NCBI GenBank assembly: GCA_038496445.1
Contig: JALMLS010000022.1
Coordinates: forward strand, 67,594-131,593
DNA length: 64,000 nt
Direction: 5' to 3'
Source of the DNA: Trichosphaerium sp. ATCC 40318
Taxonomy: Eukaryota > Protista > Tubulinea
Shown: piece by piece, positions 63,200 through 64,000 of the stretch
Numbering within the stretch: position 1 is the first letter of the stretch
Layout: every line of letters starts with the position of its first letter
Notes under the pieces: generated by a model
Database searches by the model: none
The model's input: only the letters and a program-made list of their open reading frames with translations
Told to the model about the DNA's origin: nothing
Translations under genes and position numbers: made by a program

Positions 63200-64000
63200 G
63201 CTGATGATAGCGTTGCGTTTTTAATCTCTCCTAAAAAAAAATAATGGGTAAAAGTCAATGGGTCGTTTTTTTTTTTTCTCTGTGTTCCTCTTTGGTTAGG
63301 TCCAGTGTGGTGCCCATTGTACACGTTTTGGTATTTTAGGCAAAGCACTGTTTGGCGAAACTGTTCTTGTTTGATAATTGCCACCGGAAACAAGCGGTTG
63401 TTCACTGACAGTCCAAAATTACAATGCGCTTGCTTTATGCTAGCAATGAGCGAAGAAAAACTGCAATAGCTTATTTTTGGAAAACACCCTAAGCTCCACG
63501 AATAAAACGCATAAAGCTGTTAAGTTTTAGAAGTGCTGCATTCAGACCTACAAAGTGGTACAACGCAAATTTTCGATTAGTTTCAGCGTTATTTGGATTT
63601 TGTTGGTGGGCTAAGTATGCACTGCGACTTTGAACTCATTTGTACAAAAACAATTAGCGTCTAAACCTTATATTCGAGAACCGAAGAGAACTGGCGTTTG
63701 TTTTGAGGCCTGTTATTTGCTTTTCTGACGATCAGTGAACAATAAACACTTTTTTTGTTTTCCTGAGTTTCTTTTGTGCTGCACAAACTTCTTGTTTATT
63801 CATTTATACAGTACCTAATACGTAGAAGCAACACAACCAATCATGACTGACTTTGAGACCACTACAACTGAATCCACCAAGCAACAAACAGTAGACGCTT
63901 GTAATTGCGCCGAAATATATCAAATAGCAAATTTTGAAGGCAACAGACAACTGCGACTACACGCAAAGGAGGTCATCTTGTCAAACTATGCTGCACATGC
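61417..64000 (-). repeat. Right arm of the inverted duplication (continues past the window end)
   Basis: Differs from the left arm only by a few indels and substitutions. Confidence 0.95.
63843..64000 (+). CDS. Partial second copy of the BACK-like gene
   Basis: ATGACTGACTTTGAG... identical to the 57369 copy; one inserted base near 63988; runs off the window. Confidence 0.55.
   Translation, partial: MTDFETTTTESTKQQTVDACNCAEIYQIANFEGNRQLRLHAKEVILSNYAAH

Noticed and set aside
1-64000. Alternative genetic code, prokaryotic operon or defence system, transposase or reverse transcriptase
   Set aside because: Conserved genes translate with the standard code once spliced; no such motifs were seen.

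Overview
Gene-dense, AT-rich eukaryotic nuclear DNA with many short (about 40-90 nt) spliceosomal introns. Donors are mostly GTAC/GTACGT/GTGCGT, with frequent AAG acceptors and several GC donors. The standard genetic code works throughout. The gene set (DGAP1/GAPA-type IQGAP, Zn2Cys6 factor, DUF1765, TKL kinase, FG-GAP receptor) suggests an amoebozoan or similar free-living protist; this is inference. About 23 spliced protein genes and one tRNA-Leu(CAA) were reconstructed by hand, so exon-level coordinates are approximate. Highlights: a cNMP/CRP-type domain fused to D-lactate dehydrogenase; a signal-peptide and TM-anchored dual-specificity pseudophosphatase; a divergent pair of bacterial-type secreted polysaccharide enzymes (GH141-like and PL7 alginate lyase); several other unusual domain fusions; strong CACGTG/TCACGTGA enrichment, often in introns; a decayed LRR relic; and a >2.5 kb inverted duplication at the right end that may be an amplification chimera.
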